Positions 20,176 to 30,183 of a stretch of 64,000 nucleotides of DNA are shown piece by piece. This DNA is from a virus (Duplodnaviria > Caudoviricetes). Both the position numbers and the translations under genes were made by a program. Where the stretch lies: IMG/VR virus record IMGVR_UViG_3300033075_000428, positions 64,001-128,000 of that record. One strand, 5' to 3'. Under the pieces are notes generated by a model. It saw only the letters and a program-made list of their open reading frames with translations, had not been told where the DNA came from and ran no database searches. The stretch's first letter is position 1. Every line of letters starts with the position of its first letter.

Positions 20176-20273
20176 TTACGTCTCCGAAGAAGCAAAATGG
20201 TAGTACTGCTCTAGTAAAACGGTACTGTGGGCAACTTCTGAGAACGTCTTAACGAATTGCTAAGAATACAAGC

Positions 20274-21380
20274 TTAACGATTGTTAAGCACCACATCGAT
20301 GATGTAGGGAATCATGTCCTTGACAGCTACTGACTTCTTGCGTAGTGTTCTCGTGAGGAGGGAAACGAGTTCTGTTCCAATTCCTGGGACTGAGGCTGTG
20401 CTGAGCTTCTCTTTCGTGAGTGGGTCAATCATATCACGAATATTGGACGTTGCTGTCTCTATGCCCTGTCTGTCAACTTCACCTGTGCGTGGGTCTTTCA
20501 GTGTTTTGAGCAATACTCTTTTGAAGTACTCAAGATCAGGATTGAATGTCTCTATGATGTTCTCTTCATAGTCTGAGATTGTATCTTTCTTGTAAACTCC
20601 AAAGTATCTACTCTTGTTCTCTTCTGAGTTCAAGAACACGTCTAGTATATCTTGTTTTGGTACACCAATCAATAGGAGAACAAGAATAGCCTTATCATAT
20701 GGGTATGAACCTGTGTGGACTGGGAATTGAACAGTTCTCTGTGGCTGAGGCAATTCAGAAGTTTGATCCTTGCTCAAGAAGTCTTCAAGAGTTTCCTCAG
20801 TGACTTGTGTTCCTTTGGTGCCTGACTTGAAATCATTGCGTGAAGCAAATGAGTATACTGGGATGTTATTGTCAAGACAAGTTTGAACTACATTCCTTAG
20901 CATATCATTATTCTCTAGTGAGCTTTTGCCACGAGACGAAAGGATGTCTAACCGAATGATGTACTTCAGTGCATTCTTGATGATTGGTTTCGAGGAGAAG
21001 AAGCGTTCTTCGGTTTCATCATATTTGTTTCTAAACCAAGAGCTAGAATCAACGTGATAATCGAACGGCTCTCTACGGACTTCTTGATTGAGCCTGTCTG
21101 CATCAAGAGTGAATACAACTGGGAAGTTCGTGCCGAAGCTTATCCCCCTCGTTCGTGCAGTCGACAAGTAGTAGTACTTGTTCTTTGGAATGTCCTTCCG
21201 AATCTCCGTGCCTGTCATCAACGCTAAGCGGAACTGATTCTTGGTGACAATCTGCTCAGCTACGTCAAGGTGTGTGAAGTGATAGACTGTTCCCAGATTA
21301 CTACCTTCAATCAGGTCAGTGACAATGAGTGACACATCATCCTGCTTCGTTAGTTTCTGATGAAGGTTCTCTGGGTTCAT
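20274..21380 (-). CDS. family-A-leader protein with a possible ART-like domain
   Basis: LHQKLTKQDDVSLIVTDLIEG followed by VYHFT...YLSTAR...E.EER; start placed at MNPENL. Confidence 0.45.
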   Translation of the reverse strand: MNPENLHQKLTKQDDVSLIVTDLIEGSNLGTVYHFTHLDVAEQIVTKNQFRLALMTGTEIRKDIPKNKYYYLSTARTRGISFGTNFPVVFTLDADRLNQEVRREPFDYHVDSSSWFRNKYDETEERFFSSKPIIKNALKYIIRLDILSSRGKSSLENNDMLRNVVQTCLDNNIPVYSFASRNDFKSGTKGTQVTEETLEDFLSKDQTSELPQPQRTVQFPVHTGSYPYDKAILVLLLIGVPKQDILDVFLNSEENKSRYFGVYKKDTISDYEENIIETFNPDLEYFKRVLLKTLKDPRTGEVDRQGIETATSNIRDMIDPLTKEKLSTASVPGIGTELVSLLTRTLRKKSVAVKDMIPYIIDVVLNNR

Positions 21381-21459
21381 TTGCTTGAGCTTCTGATGAG
21401 AATGGTAGGTTCTCATAAAACGCATAGAGTGTTACTATCATCACACGCACTATCTAGAA

Positions 21460-22005
21460 TCAGAAAATGTTAGCACGTTCCCATCTGCATTGCAGATAGC
21501 TTGAGTCTACTCCAATGTCAACGACATACCCCTTCTGTTCAAGGAAGTGTGCTGCATCATGATAAATCTCTGAACGTGTGTGGTCGTTTAGTTCAATGAA
21601 CACACCGTTGTCATCCGACAACACTGTGGCGTTCTTGTAAATACATACATAGTAATCACCACGCAATGCAGCTTGGCGAATAGCAGGGTATACGATACTG
21701 TGCATGAACTTTTCAACATATTGTTCTGATTTTGCTGTAGCGTCTTCCCACAGTTCAATCTCCCGTTCATTTGAGATGCGGTAAGCAGCACTCGCCACTA
21801 TCTCACCTTCCCCTGTGTCAATGGGAAGTTCTTCAGATGGTCGAGCATAAGGTTCTTCCGTTTGCTCTTTCCTATTGATAAGAGTGCAAGTCACTGGGTC
21901 TTTCTTTAACTGCTTTAGCAAAATGTATGCCATTGTGACTGTGTAGAGAATAATCATTGTCCAGACGCAAGTCTGTACAATGAGTGCTAAATCTTCAGAG
22001 TTCAT
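21460..22005 (-). CDS. membrane-anchored protein, paralog of 22032
   Basis: N-terminal TM segment; ELPID...ASAAYRIS and RWE..NIF shared with the neighbour. Confidence 0.7.
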   Translation of the reverse strand: MNSEDLALIVQTCVWTMIILYTVTMAYILLKQLKKDPVTCTLINRKEQTEEPYARPSEELPIDTGEGEIVASAAYRISNEREIELWEDATAKSEQYVEKFMHSIVYPAIRQAALRGDYYVCIYKNATVLSDDNGVFIELNDHTRSEIYHDAAHFLEQKGYVVDIGVDSSYLQCRWERANIF

Positions 22006-22031
22006 TTCTTTGTCCTGTCAGTGTGGGGTGG

Positions 22032-22601
22032 TTAGAAAATGTTGCCTTTCTCCCAGCGAACTACGAGTTCATTTGTATCAGTGCTCACAGTGGTTTGATA
22101 CCCTTGATTCTTGAGCACGATTGCTACATAGTTGAAAAGTGCAAGACGTATGTCGCTGTTGAGTTCGTACGGAATATCGTTGTTGCTTGCTAGCATGCGG
22201 AAATCATGGTCAGTAAGTACAGCCCAATAATCACCCATCTCTGCTCTAAGGCGGATGAGCGGATAGACTGATTGTTCTAAGAACATTCCGTGAATGCCAT
22301 GAGCCTTCATCTCAGCGTCAAAGTCTCTCTGTGTTGCTGTTGTAAATGAGATGCGATATGCAGCGGATGCGTTGATTGTACCGTTGCCGTTATCTATGGG
22401 GAGTTCCGAGATTAGTCGAGGACGCTTCACGTGCTTTGTTTCCTGTTCAACATCCTTACCCTTACCCCAATAGTAAGTAATGCCCCGAATCCAGTCCTTC
22501 ATCTTGAATACAGTCACAACAAGAAGAGACAAGAGGAACACTGATATCATCAACCAAGCACAGATTTTGACAATGTAATCAAAGTCGAGATAGTTCATCA
22601 T
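22032..22601 (-). CDS. membrane-anchored protein, paralog of 21460
   Basis: Start placed at MMNYLD after ACAGGA; same shared motifs. Confidence 0.7.
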   Translation of the reverse strand: MMNYLDFDYIVKICAWLMISVFLLSLLVVTVFKMKDWIRGITYYWGKGKDVEQETKHVKRPRLISELPIDNGNGTINASAAYRISFTTATQRDFDAEMKAHGIHGMFLEQSVYPLIRLRAEMGDYWAVLTDHDFRMLASNNDIPYELNSDIRLALFNYVAIVLKNQGYQTTVSTDTNELVVRWEKGNIF

Positions 22602-22714
22602 GTTCCTGTCAATCGGTTGAGGGTTAGCGATTGAGGGAACGAACCGTGAAAGTTCTAATCTAAGGGGGGTTAAACCAGAGTAGGCTGAAGTAGTTTCAGC
22701 TATAGCCAATATTC

Positions 22715-22993
22715 TTAGCTAATGTAGACCTTGCCTGTGAACGAGCCATCACTGATAATACGTAGCTGATTGATGGTATCATACACTACGTCAGTCCAAA
22801 CAAGGTCACCAGCAGAGGTGATTACAGTAACGGAAGATGGGAATCTTCCTAGATTGTGGACAACTGTCCACGTTGAAGCAGGAACCTGCTGGTCATGAAC
22901 GTAAGAGTAGTCGACACCATTCAGTTGGTCGGTGTCTGGCAACTGTTGGAAGTCACCAGTGGTGGGGTCGAGTGTAAGAGGCTTACGCTTCAT
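22715..22993 (-). CDS. small virion structural protein
   Basis: WTVVHNLG.FP motif, as in fibre-associated proteins. Confidence 0.65.
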   Translation of the reverse strand: MKRKPLTLDPTTGDFQQLPDTDQLNGVDYSYVHDQQVPASTWTVVHNLGRFPSSVTVITSAGDLVWTDVVYDTINQLRIISDGSFTGKVYIS

Positions 22994-23039
22994 TCGTGTT
23001 GGTTTCCAAGGTTGAATTCATTAGTCAATGTAAAACTCA

Positions 23040-23528
23040 TTACAGTAGCACTCTGGCAGAGATACGAATCTCTAAAGTAGTAGCACTCTGTGCACGTCCA
23101 ATGCTAATCAAGTACTTGTTGATGGTGGAGGAGATATTGGGTAGAGTACCTGTCAACTTCCCTGCCACAGTAGTGTGGAACCACAGCTTCGCATTCGGTG
23201 TCAACCCACCAGTGGTTCCAGCCACAGCATCCCACTCTGCAGTAGTCAGTGTTAACAACCCACTGAACTGTATGCGTCCAGAAGCATTGCCAGCTACAGT
23301 AGCTGTGACCAATCCTTGTACCCAACTTGTACTGTCTCCACCACCTTGGTCAGACAAGTGAACGGTGGTGCCCACCACATACACTGGTGTCCCTGCAGGG
23401 ATGGAGCTTCCTGAGGTATTGGTGAAGTCAATGCCAAGAGGACTGTACCCAATGTCAAGAGTGTCTCCAGCTTGGAGTAACTCCTTGCGTCCAGTGGTGC
23501 CAAGAACAATTGGTCTGCGTAGTGCCAT
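23040..23528 (-). CDS. virion structural protein (cement/decoration-like), paralog of 23816
   Basis: W....G...LTPN...AGKLT...IG.A pattern shared with the 23816 ORF. Confidence 0.6.
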   Translation of the reverse strand: MALRRPIVLGTTGRKELLQAGDTLDIGYSPLGIDFTNTSGSSIPAGTPVYVVGTTVHLSDQGGGDSTSWVQGLVTATVAGNASGRIQFSGLLTLTTAEWDAVAGTTGGLTPNAKLWFHTTVAGKLTGTLPNISSTINKYLISIGRAQSATTLEIRISARVLL

Positions 23529-23573
23529 GTTTCAAGCCAAGTTACTATAGAAGAAAAGTTTGTTGTTAGAATT

Positions 23574-23798
23574 TAAAAATTGTTCTTGTTCACACACTGT
23601 AGTAAAAATTATGTTCTTAGATTTCAATAGGTTCATACAAGTGAGTAGATTCATGTAGCAAATCAAAAGTCCCTGTAGCTTTTGCACTAGGCTAAAAACT
23701 ATGTTCTTAGATTTCAATAGCTGAGAGTATGTGAGTAGCATTGTGTAGAGTTAAAAAATTGTTCTTGTGCGTGTGCTGTAGTAAAAACTATGTTCTTG
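23574..23798. repeat. AT-rich degenerate repeat with about 30-bp periodicity
   Basis: TAAAAA-N1-3-TGTTCTT at 23574, 23603, 23693, 23752 and 23782. Confidence 0.7.
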
Positions 23799-23815
23799 AA
23801 ATTGTGTAGCTGACA

Positions 23816-24316
23816 TCACAACCAAATAGGTTCTTGGATGTCATACTTGAAGATGGTAGTAGTGAGTGCTGTGCCTATTGGCTGAACAAACAAAGCAGTT
23901 GATTGATCTGGAGTGACAGTGAGTTTCCCAGCAGTCTGAGAGAGGTAGTATTGTGTGTTGGGTGTAAGAAGCGTTGAGCCTGTGAGTGTCGTCCAGTTCG
24001 ATTGAACTAGATATGCTCCATTGAGTGTTACTATTGTGGCTTGAGACGATGCTGTGACAATGTTTAGATTGAATCCTATTGCTGGAGAGATAAGTGAAGA
24101 AGCTTTTAGACATCCTGTACTTAGAGTATTACCGAATACTAGTTCTCCTGTATTGATAGAAATGGATTCAAGATTTGTGAGTATGAGATTCGAAGTCTGT
24201 GTACTACCAGTACTGTAAACAATCGCTCCCTGTATGTCTACATATATCTTCTGCTCCACGATGTTGACGTTAATCTCCTGAACGTCTGCGAGCATTACGT
24301 TAATGTCTTGTGCCAT
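23816..24316 (-). CDS. virion structural protein, paralog of 23040
   Basis: LTPNTQYYLSQTAGKLT...IGTAL. Confidence 0.6.
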   Translation of the reverse strand: MAQDINVMLADVQEINVNIVEQKIYVDIQGAIVYSTGSTQTSNLILTNLESISINTGELVFGNTLSTGCLKASSLISPAIGFNLNIVTASSQATIVTLNGAYLVQSNWTTLTGSTLLTPNTQYYLSQTAGKLTVTPDQSTALFVQPIGTALTTTIFKYDIQEPIWL

Positions 24317-24383
24317 TGGGGACTTACGAGTTTACTGAAGAATTACAAATTCATGAACTACAAATTAGGGATTTTACCCTAGG

Positions 24384-24752
24384 TTACGACGTTCTGAGAG
24401 TCACTTGTTCTTGAATCTCACAAATTCCTGAAACCACTGTACGAACAGTTAGGTCTGGTGCTTTCCATTGTATGTCGAAGTAATACTGGCCTGCTGGGAT
24501 TGACGTGGTTGCTGAGCTAGGGATGACGAGTACAGTCTTCCCAGTGGTCGGGGACGAGTGATTTACCCAGTCAATAGCAATGAGTGCTTGGTTGTCAAGG
24601 TCTGTGCGATGCTTCTTGACCGTGAAGAAGAATTTGTAACCTGTGATGTTTACAGCTGTGTCAAGGTTGAGCGTAATGGTGAGTTCAATGGGAGTGTCGT
24701 CACCCTTGCGGACATAGAGACGAGACGTGGAGCTTGACGTTTGTGTTGACAT
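24384..24752 (-). CDS. BppU-N-like/Ig-like structural protein
   Basis: GDD...NITGY...FTVK...G.YYFDIQ pattern. Confidence 0.55.
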   Translation of the reverse strand: MSTQTSSSTSRLYVRKGDDTPIELTITLNLDTAVNITGYKFFFTVKKHRTDLDNQALIAIDWVNHSSPTTGKTVLVIPSSATTSIPAGQYYFDIQWKAPDLTVRTVVSGICEIQEQVTLRTS

Positions 24753-24911
24753 TGTTGAGTGCTTGAGTTCTGAGTGTTGAGGGGATTGACGGTCTCTCTG
24801 GAGAGTAAAACGGGAGGGGTCTACCTATTTGGGTTGGGTGGTCGTTCTTGGGTTCGCCTTGGAGTGAGTTGATGGTTGTTGGAGAGTTTCTTTTACGAGG
24901 ATTGAACTGAG

Positions 24912-25457
24912 ATGGCACCAAGTGAGAAGGCAAAACCTGAATGGTTGATTGTTGGAACGAAATGGGTTGTTTCGTTTAAACACAGGTTTAATAACATAGA
25001 CCTAGAAGTACTTGCAACATTGCGAGTCATGGAACTGTCTGACAATGGTGACTTTGTTCGAATTGAGCTCGATAACTGTTCTCCTGAACGAATGCGTCAC
25101 AGTGGCTGGTATCTCGTTAAGAACGTTGAGTCGAAATTTCGATTCAAGGACACTGTTGGTGAATCGAATAAACCTGCTAATATATTGAGGAAGAGTTACC
25201 CTTGGCTAAAGGAAGGTAATGTGTTGTCTGTGATGTTTAATCGATATGGACAGCAATGGATACGGAGGTTGAAGATTCATGGCGTCTATCAGTTGAACAA
25301 GGTTAACATTGGAGAAACGAATGTGATTGTTGAGCTGATGAATAACCAAGCTGACGGTGTTACTGGGTACCTATTGCCTTCCTATGTTGGGGTGACAATT
25401 GATGAACTACTGTCTCAGTTCTACATTGCAGAGCATGAGGAGAGTAAAGTAGATTGA
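24912..25457 (+). CDS. hypothetical protein with two copies of a WLxxG domain; paralog of 26340
   Basis: WLIVGTKWV vs WLIAGTKWV. Confidence 0.65.
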   Translation: MAPSEKAKPEWLIVGTKWVVSFKHRFNNIDLEVLATLRVMELSDNGDFVRIELDNCSPERMRHSGWYLVKNVESKFRFKDTVGESNKPANILRKSYPWLKEGNVLSVMFNRYGQQWIRRLKIHGVYQLNKVNIGETNVIVELMNNQADGVTGYLLPSYVGVTIDELLSQFYIAEHEESKVD

Positions 25458-25499
25458 TTATTGGTTTAGGTGAATAACGTTTGAATTGGAGTTTGTTTG

Positions 25500-26336
25500 A
25501 TGAGCACAACAAAGACTGAGTACGTTTTCTTGCATGCGAAGAGGAAATACAATCCTATTACGCTGACAAGAGTAAGAACCGTTGGTAAGGACGGAAGTGT
25601 GAGCGTGACATGGTTCAACTCGCTCAACGGCGTAAAGACAGCTGCTGTGAACAAGCTATTCTATATTGGCTCACCAGAGTTAGTCGAGTATCTGATTGAG
25701 TTCAACAAGAGGAAGGTTTGGAGGGAAGACGACTTCTATCACTTCAGCATTCGACTTGGGGTGTATGACTTCTTCTGTGACGAGAAATCTTGGTCACTAG
25801 CTTGGGCTGGGCAATTCGTGAGCTTCAAGGAACCAATGACTGCGCAAGACGCAATGGAGTATACTAGCAGGTACTTGTGTAATGACATAGATGGGAATGA
25901 CCTACTCAAAGTGTACTATCATAAGAACTTTTGGGAGCGTGACTACTCGAAGGACAGGGGTGTTGACGAGTACTGTGTTCGCTTGAGGTTCAAGACAGAG
26001 TTGTACCCGAATAGCCAGTTGAAGAGGTCTCGTGGTTCGTTGTCAATGAAGAATGAGATTTTCGTTACTCGATGGAATCGATTCCACTTGACTCTTAAGT
26101 TGGAACTTGACTACGACCGTCTGTTCAAGATTTACGATTCGCTTCCTGCTGAGGTGAAGGACTTTACAATGTACGTCCCTGTTCGTGACAAGGATGACCA
26201 CGTTGTTGAGGTCAAGGGTACGAAGGTTGTCGTTGACAACGACGGGACTGAAGCGTTCAAGGTGTTGAGAGCCAGATATGTTCCTCTCGGCGAGGTGAGC
26301 AAAGAAGTGAAGAAACCAACACGAAAGAGGAGTTGA
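25500..26336 (+). CDS. hypothetical protein
   Basis: 278-aa ORF in the plus-strand block. Confidence 0.7.
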   Translation: MSTTKTEYVFLHAKRKYNPITLTRVRTVGKDGSVSVTWFNSLNGVKTAAVNKLFYIGSPELVEYLIEFNKRKVWREDDFYHFSIRLGVYDFFCDEKSWSLAWAGQFVSFKEPMTAQDAMEYTSRYLCNDIDGNDLLKVYYHKNFWERDYSKDRGVDEYCVRLRFKTELYPNSQLKRSRGSLSMKNEIFVTRWNRFHLTLKLELDYDRLFKIYDSLPAEVKDFTMYVPVRDKDDHVVEVKGTKVVVDNDGTEAFKVLRARYVPLGEVSKEVKKPTRKRS

Positions 26337-26339
26337 CGT

Positions 26340-27260
26340 ATGCCACCAAAAGGATGTTACCCTTGGCTGATTGCTGGGACAAAGTGGGTTGCTACGTACA
26401 AGGAGAGTGCTGGAGCCAAGAAGTATAGTAAGAGGTACTTTTCCATTGGAGTTGAAGAAGTATCTTCCGACAGGACATTTGTGAAGTTATCGTTTAAGGA
26501 CGTGACGAACGCAATGCCCGATTGGCTCATTGAGTTTCATTCTTCAGGCAACTGCTGGTTTGTGACTGAAGGTGTAGACGCTTCGTTCGAGTTTCATGAG
26601 CAGATTGTGAAGAACCCTGAGCCACAAGTGGTGGTTATTGACGGAGTGAAGGTTAAAGAGGGAGAGAAAGTTCTCATAAAGAACGTACCTAGATTTGCGC
26701 TTCATGGTGAGGATGATTGGATTCAAGAAGGGCAAATCATTGTACAGTTTAACTTTGAGAACTATCATTCATATGGTTACTACTTTCGAAAGATGACAAT
26801 TGAAGAAGTCTCTGACGACAAGCGGTACATCAGGCTAAACCCAGAATTCTCGCAATCGATGTCTGACAAAAACGAGAAGCATTGTGCAAAGGTTCTTGGA
26901 TTTTCAAAAACGAAGTTGATTCCTGTGGACTTCCTGAAGTCTGTGTCTGGAAGAATCCGGAGATACGAAGATGAAGTACATATCACGCCACCTGTGCCAC
27001 CGAGTATTATAGTAGAGTCTGTGCAAATGAACTCTGGTAAGAGGACACTTCTCATCTCAGTCAACGAGAAGTGTCCCTGTTGTGGGAAACACAATACTCT
27101 TCGAGTGGCTCCACATATGTCTCAACTTGAGAAAACAAGTGGTGAGCAGACAATCGAATGCGATGGTTGTCGTAAAAAGTTGATTTTCCGATACTGGAAT
27201 GTCCCTGGAAATACTGTTAAAGATAGATTCCGCTGGAATCTTTTCCACAGGGTCATATGA
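26340..27260 (+). CDS. hypothetical protein with a C-terminal zinc ribbon
   Basis: CPCC...CDGC; N-terminus paralogous to 24912. Confidence 0.65.
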   Translation: MPPKGCYPWLIAGTKWVATYKESAGAKKYSKRYFSIGVEEVSSDRTFVKLSFKDVTNAMPDWLIEFHSSGNCWFVTEGVDASFEFHEQIVKNPEPQVVVIDGVKVKEGEKVLIKNVPRFALHGEDDWIQEGQIIVQFNFENYHSYGYYFRKMTIEEVSDDKRYIRLNPEFSQSMSDKNEKHCAKVLGFSKTKLIPVDFLKSVSGRIRRYEDEVHITPPVPPSIIVESVQMNSGKRTLLISVNEKCPCCGKHNTLRVAPHMSQLEKTSGEQTIECDGCRKKLIFRYWNVPGNTVKDRFRWNLFHRVI

Positions 27261-27487
27261 GCGACAAGAGCAACACGTGGGTTCCCGACGACATGATAAT
27301 CAGCGTTATCAGTTGGCTACCAATCACTGACGAGGCAATTCAAGAAGTGGAAGCGAACTTCTTGGGAGACAATTTCGAGATTCTCCTGACGGATGGGAAG
27401 CGTGTTGATAGCGCTTACTACATCACACACGGGAGAACCTTGGGATTCACTCACTTCGCAATCATCCCTACACCAGAAATCAAGTAA
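27257..27487 (+). CDS. small hypothetical protein
   Basis: ATGA overlap with the upstream gene. Confidence 0.6.
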   Translation: MSDKSNTWVPDDMIISVISWLPITDEAIQEVEANFLGDNFEILLTDGKRVDSAYYITHGRTLGFTHFAIIPTPEIK

Positions 27488-27542
27488 CAAGCAATGGACT
27501 CACTGAAAACTCTTCAAGCAATTGGTATCAAGAAGTACATCG

Positions 27543-27710
27543 ATGAGTGACATAACCAAATTCATCATTGGGCTTGACATTCCTGAAGAGGAGAAGCAAC
27601 TTGCTATTAAGCTTGACGAACAACAGCAAGACCTGCTGAAATTGCTTCAGCTTTACAATGAGCTTGAAATCATCAGGAAACTGAACACAATGGGATTCCA
27701 ATTGAACTGA
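27543..27710 (+). CDS. small hypothetical protein
   Basis: MSDITKF..., coiled-coil-like. Confidence 0.5.
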   Translation: MSDITKFIIGLDIPEEEKQLAIKLDEQQQDLLKLLQLYNELEIIRKLNTMGFQLN

Positions 27711-27716
27711 GGTGAC

Positions 27717-28127
27717 ATGATTAACATCCACATGCGTCCTGTCCCTGGATACGAAGGATTGTACTTAGTGACGAACACTGGAATGGTGGTTTCTGTTGAA
27801 CGCAAGGTGAAGAAAGCAAACGGAAGAGAACAGAAAGTAGCTGGGCGGGTGTTGAAACCTTCGTACTATCGAGGCTACCAGAAAGTGGTTCTGTACTCGG
27901 GGAACACTGGCAAAACGTTCTTCGTTCATCGCCTTGTGTACTCTGCCTACTATGGTTTGTCTCCACATGAGACTATCGACCACATCGACGGTGTCAAACA
28001 CAATAATCACATCGACAATCTAGCCCCAATGTCTCGTGAAGAGAATACACGTCGCATGTGGGACAGAATTCGTGGTGTGGAAGTAACTTCATTACCAAAG
28101 CAACAACCTGTGTCCATTTCGTTCTAA
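27717..28127 (+). CDS. NUMOD4-HNH homing endonuclease
   Basis: VPGYEGLY.V.N.G.V.S (NUMOD4); VHRLV...IDHIDG.K.NN...NL (HNH). Confidence 0.85.
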   Translation: MINIHMRPVPGYEGLYLVTNTGMVVSVERKVKKANGREQKVAGRVLKPSYYRGYQKVVLYSGNTGKTFFVHRLVYSAYYGLSPHETIDHIDGVKHNNHIDNLAPMSREENTRRMWDRIRGVEVTSLPKQQPVSISF

Positions 28128-28132
28128 GCCCT

Positions 28133-28450
28133 ATGAGCCAACAGATAAACTGGATTGAAGACAAGCGAACTGGACGACTTGAGAGTGATTCAAACTCTCG
28201 ACTCTTCTATATCATCAATCGTACAACTGAACTAGACGGTGTGACACCGCTGAGATTCAAGTGGTTTCGATTCCCGTACATCGTGCTCATGAGCTTGCCT
28301 GCAGAACAGTGGTTCTTCATCTGTGGCTATGCGTTGACAAGAGAACAAGCAAAGACAAAGGCTGAACGCTTCAATCTCAAGTTGATGAAACAGCAAATTC
28401 ACAAGATTACTGTATTTCCAAGAGGACAGTATAGTGGCTTCAATTATTGA
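28133..28450 (+). CDS. hypothetical protein
   Basis: Start placed at MSQQINW. Confidence 0.55.
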   Translation: MSQQINWIEDKRTGRLESDSNSRLFYIINRTTELDGVTPLRFKWFRFPYIVLMSLPAEQWFFICGYALTREQAKTKAERFNLKLMKQQIHKITVFPRGQYSGFNY

Positions 28451-28658
28451 ATGGGACTTAGTAAACTGGTGGGATGAACTTGTCGATGACACGTTTACCA
28501 TTGTTTACTGCTACCAAGCCAAGAACAAGGAAACGGGAGAAGTGATTGCTGAACACTTCTCGTCGGACTCTGAAGAGACGAATCCCTTCAACACCCCAGG
28601 GTATACGGCTACGTTCAACAAGCTGTTTCCAGAGTGGGTTCTTGAGAGAGCACAGTGA
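28434..28658 (+). CDS. small hypothetical protein
   Basis: Part of an overlapping gene chain; AGGA upstream. Confidence 0.55.
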   Translation: MASIIEWDLVNWWDELVDDTFTIVYCYQAKNKETGEVIAEHFSSDSEETNPFNTPGYTATFNKLFPEWVLERAQ

Positions 28659-28867
28659 CCAAGCGAGGAGTGATTAAACGCTTTGACACTTACCACACAG
28701 ATGAGGTCACTTGTCCCTATTGCGGGTATGAACACGATTGTAGCCACGAATACTTTGACGTTGGGCAGGAATCAATAGACATTGGGTGTGAAGGATGTGG
28801 CAAAGAGTTCTTTGCGAAAGCTGAGAGCAATGCGAGATACACAACACGAAAGATAGGTGAGGCATGA
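28655..28867 (+). CDS. small zinc-ribbon protein
   Basis: CPYC...CEGC. Confidence 0.7.
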   Translation: MTKRGVIKRFDTYHTDEVTCPYCGYEHDCSHEYFDVGQESIDIGCEGCGKEFFAKAESNARYTTRKIGEA

Positions 28868-29514
28868 CAAAGAGCGAAGTGTTGGACGGTTTGCAAAAAG
28901 CGCGAACTACCATTGAAGTCAAGGGAGCGCTGACCAATGAGATTGAATCCATCAACGCCGCCATCTCCATGCTCCAAAACACAACCATCTGGACACCATG
29001 CACGGAGCGGATGCCGACGGTAGAGGATGCTGATAAAGATGGATATGTAAACGTTCTACACGCAAATGGTCGGGCAGAGTATATGAAGTGGTTTTCCGTA
29101 CCAGACTGGATAAACGCTTATTCTGCTGAGCACAATGTCACTCACTGGTCACGCATCGAGCCGATGGAAGGAACAAAAATGAGTACTCACTACCAAACAG
29201 CATCAAGCGAGGAAGGTTGGAAAGCAGTACCGTCTAGTCAAAACCAAGACGCATGGTGTGTTGTACACCCAATGTGGAAGATTGCAACAGGTGGTGTAAG
29301 AGGACGTGTCGTTGAGTTCAATAAAGAACAAGCCCATGCATACGCTGCAGCCCTGAGATTGGTGGATTCTGGTGTGGTTCTAGGGGAAGCGATGAAGTTA
29401 GTGGAAGCATGGGACGAGGCTGATGACAAGAAAGAATTCTTGTCTGAGCGGATGGCCGCTGATAACATGGCGAACTATATCGAACGTATTGCTAGCATTG
29501 TAAAAGAGGATTGA
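28864..29514 (+). CDS. DUF551-like mosaic phage protein
   Basis: WTPCTERMP...VTHW. Confidence 0.6.
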   Translation: MTKSEVLDGLQKARTTIEVKGALTNEIESINAAISMLQNTTIWTPCTERMPTVEDADKDGYVNVLHANGRAEYMKWFSVPDWINAYSAEHNVTHWSRIEPMEGTKMSTHYQTASSEEGWKAVPSSQNQDAWCVVHPMWKIATGGVRGRVVEFNKEQAHAYAAALRLVDSGVVLGEAMKLVEAWDEADDKKEFLSERMAADNMANYIERIASIVKED

Positions 29515-29517
29515 CCT

Positions 29518-29733
29518 ATGCAATTGATTGACCCACAACCGATGGACACGTTACCTCAAACTGGTCGAGTATTCGTTACATTGCACCAGTATTCAGGTGG
29601 AACGAAACCTGCGCAGTTTACTGTTGAGAAAGACGTACGCTATATCCGCTCCGATATGGAACACTACGACGCAAACGATAAGTGGCGTACTGAATATATC
29701 TCATGGTCACAAGCGGGAAACCCAGGAGAATGA
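29518..29733 (+). CDS. small hypothetical protein
   Basis: GAGGA SD; fits the gene chain. Confidence 0.55.
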   Translation: MQLIDPQPMDTLPQTGRVFVTLHQYSGGTKPAQFTVEKDVRYIRSDMEHYDANDKWRTEYISWSQAGNPGE

Positions 29734-29736
29734 ATC

Positions 29737-29967
29737 ATGGCTGATGTTGTATTCACTCATGAAGTACATATTCGTAATGGCAGACTCATCAACGATGACC
29801 CACAACGAAGATGCTATGATGGATGCTATTTCAAGAGCCACATGGAATGGGGTAAATGGGAGCATTTTCAAGACTGTGTGAGTGAAGATGTAGCAAAACT
29901 AGTTGTGAAGTCATTTGAACGTGAAGACCAACAACTGAAGGTTGTACCAAAATTCTGTCTCAATTAA
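29737..29967 (+). CDS. small hypothetical protein
   Basis: DPQRRCYDG motif; AGGAG SD. Confidence 0.6.
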   Translation: MADVVFTHEVHIRNGRLINDDPQRRCYDGCYFKSHMEWGKWEHFQDCVSEDVAKLVVKSFEREDQQLKVVPKFCLN

Positions 29968-30183
29968 CTGAGTGACAATATGGCACTGAGTAACCAAAGC
30001 AAGATGGACTGGATATCAAGGGTGACAATACTGCTGTTCCTCAGCCTGTTGCTCCTTTGGATATGGTCTATGGCGTCCCACAACTAACGTATCGCAACTG
30101 AGTTTTCTAACCGTTAGGTAAATCAACCTAGCGGTTTTGTCGTTCTTAGAATCAATGACCACGACACAATACACTGGTGAAGC

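Noticed and set aside
23532-23741. 69-aa ORF or CRISPR array within the AT-rich repeat
   Set aside because: Atypical composition arising from the repeat, no SD, and units are neither identical nor regularly spaced.
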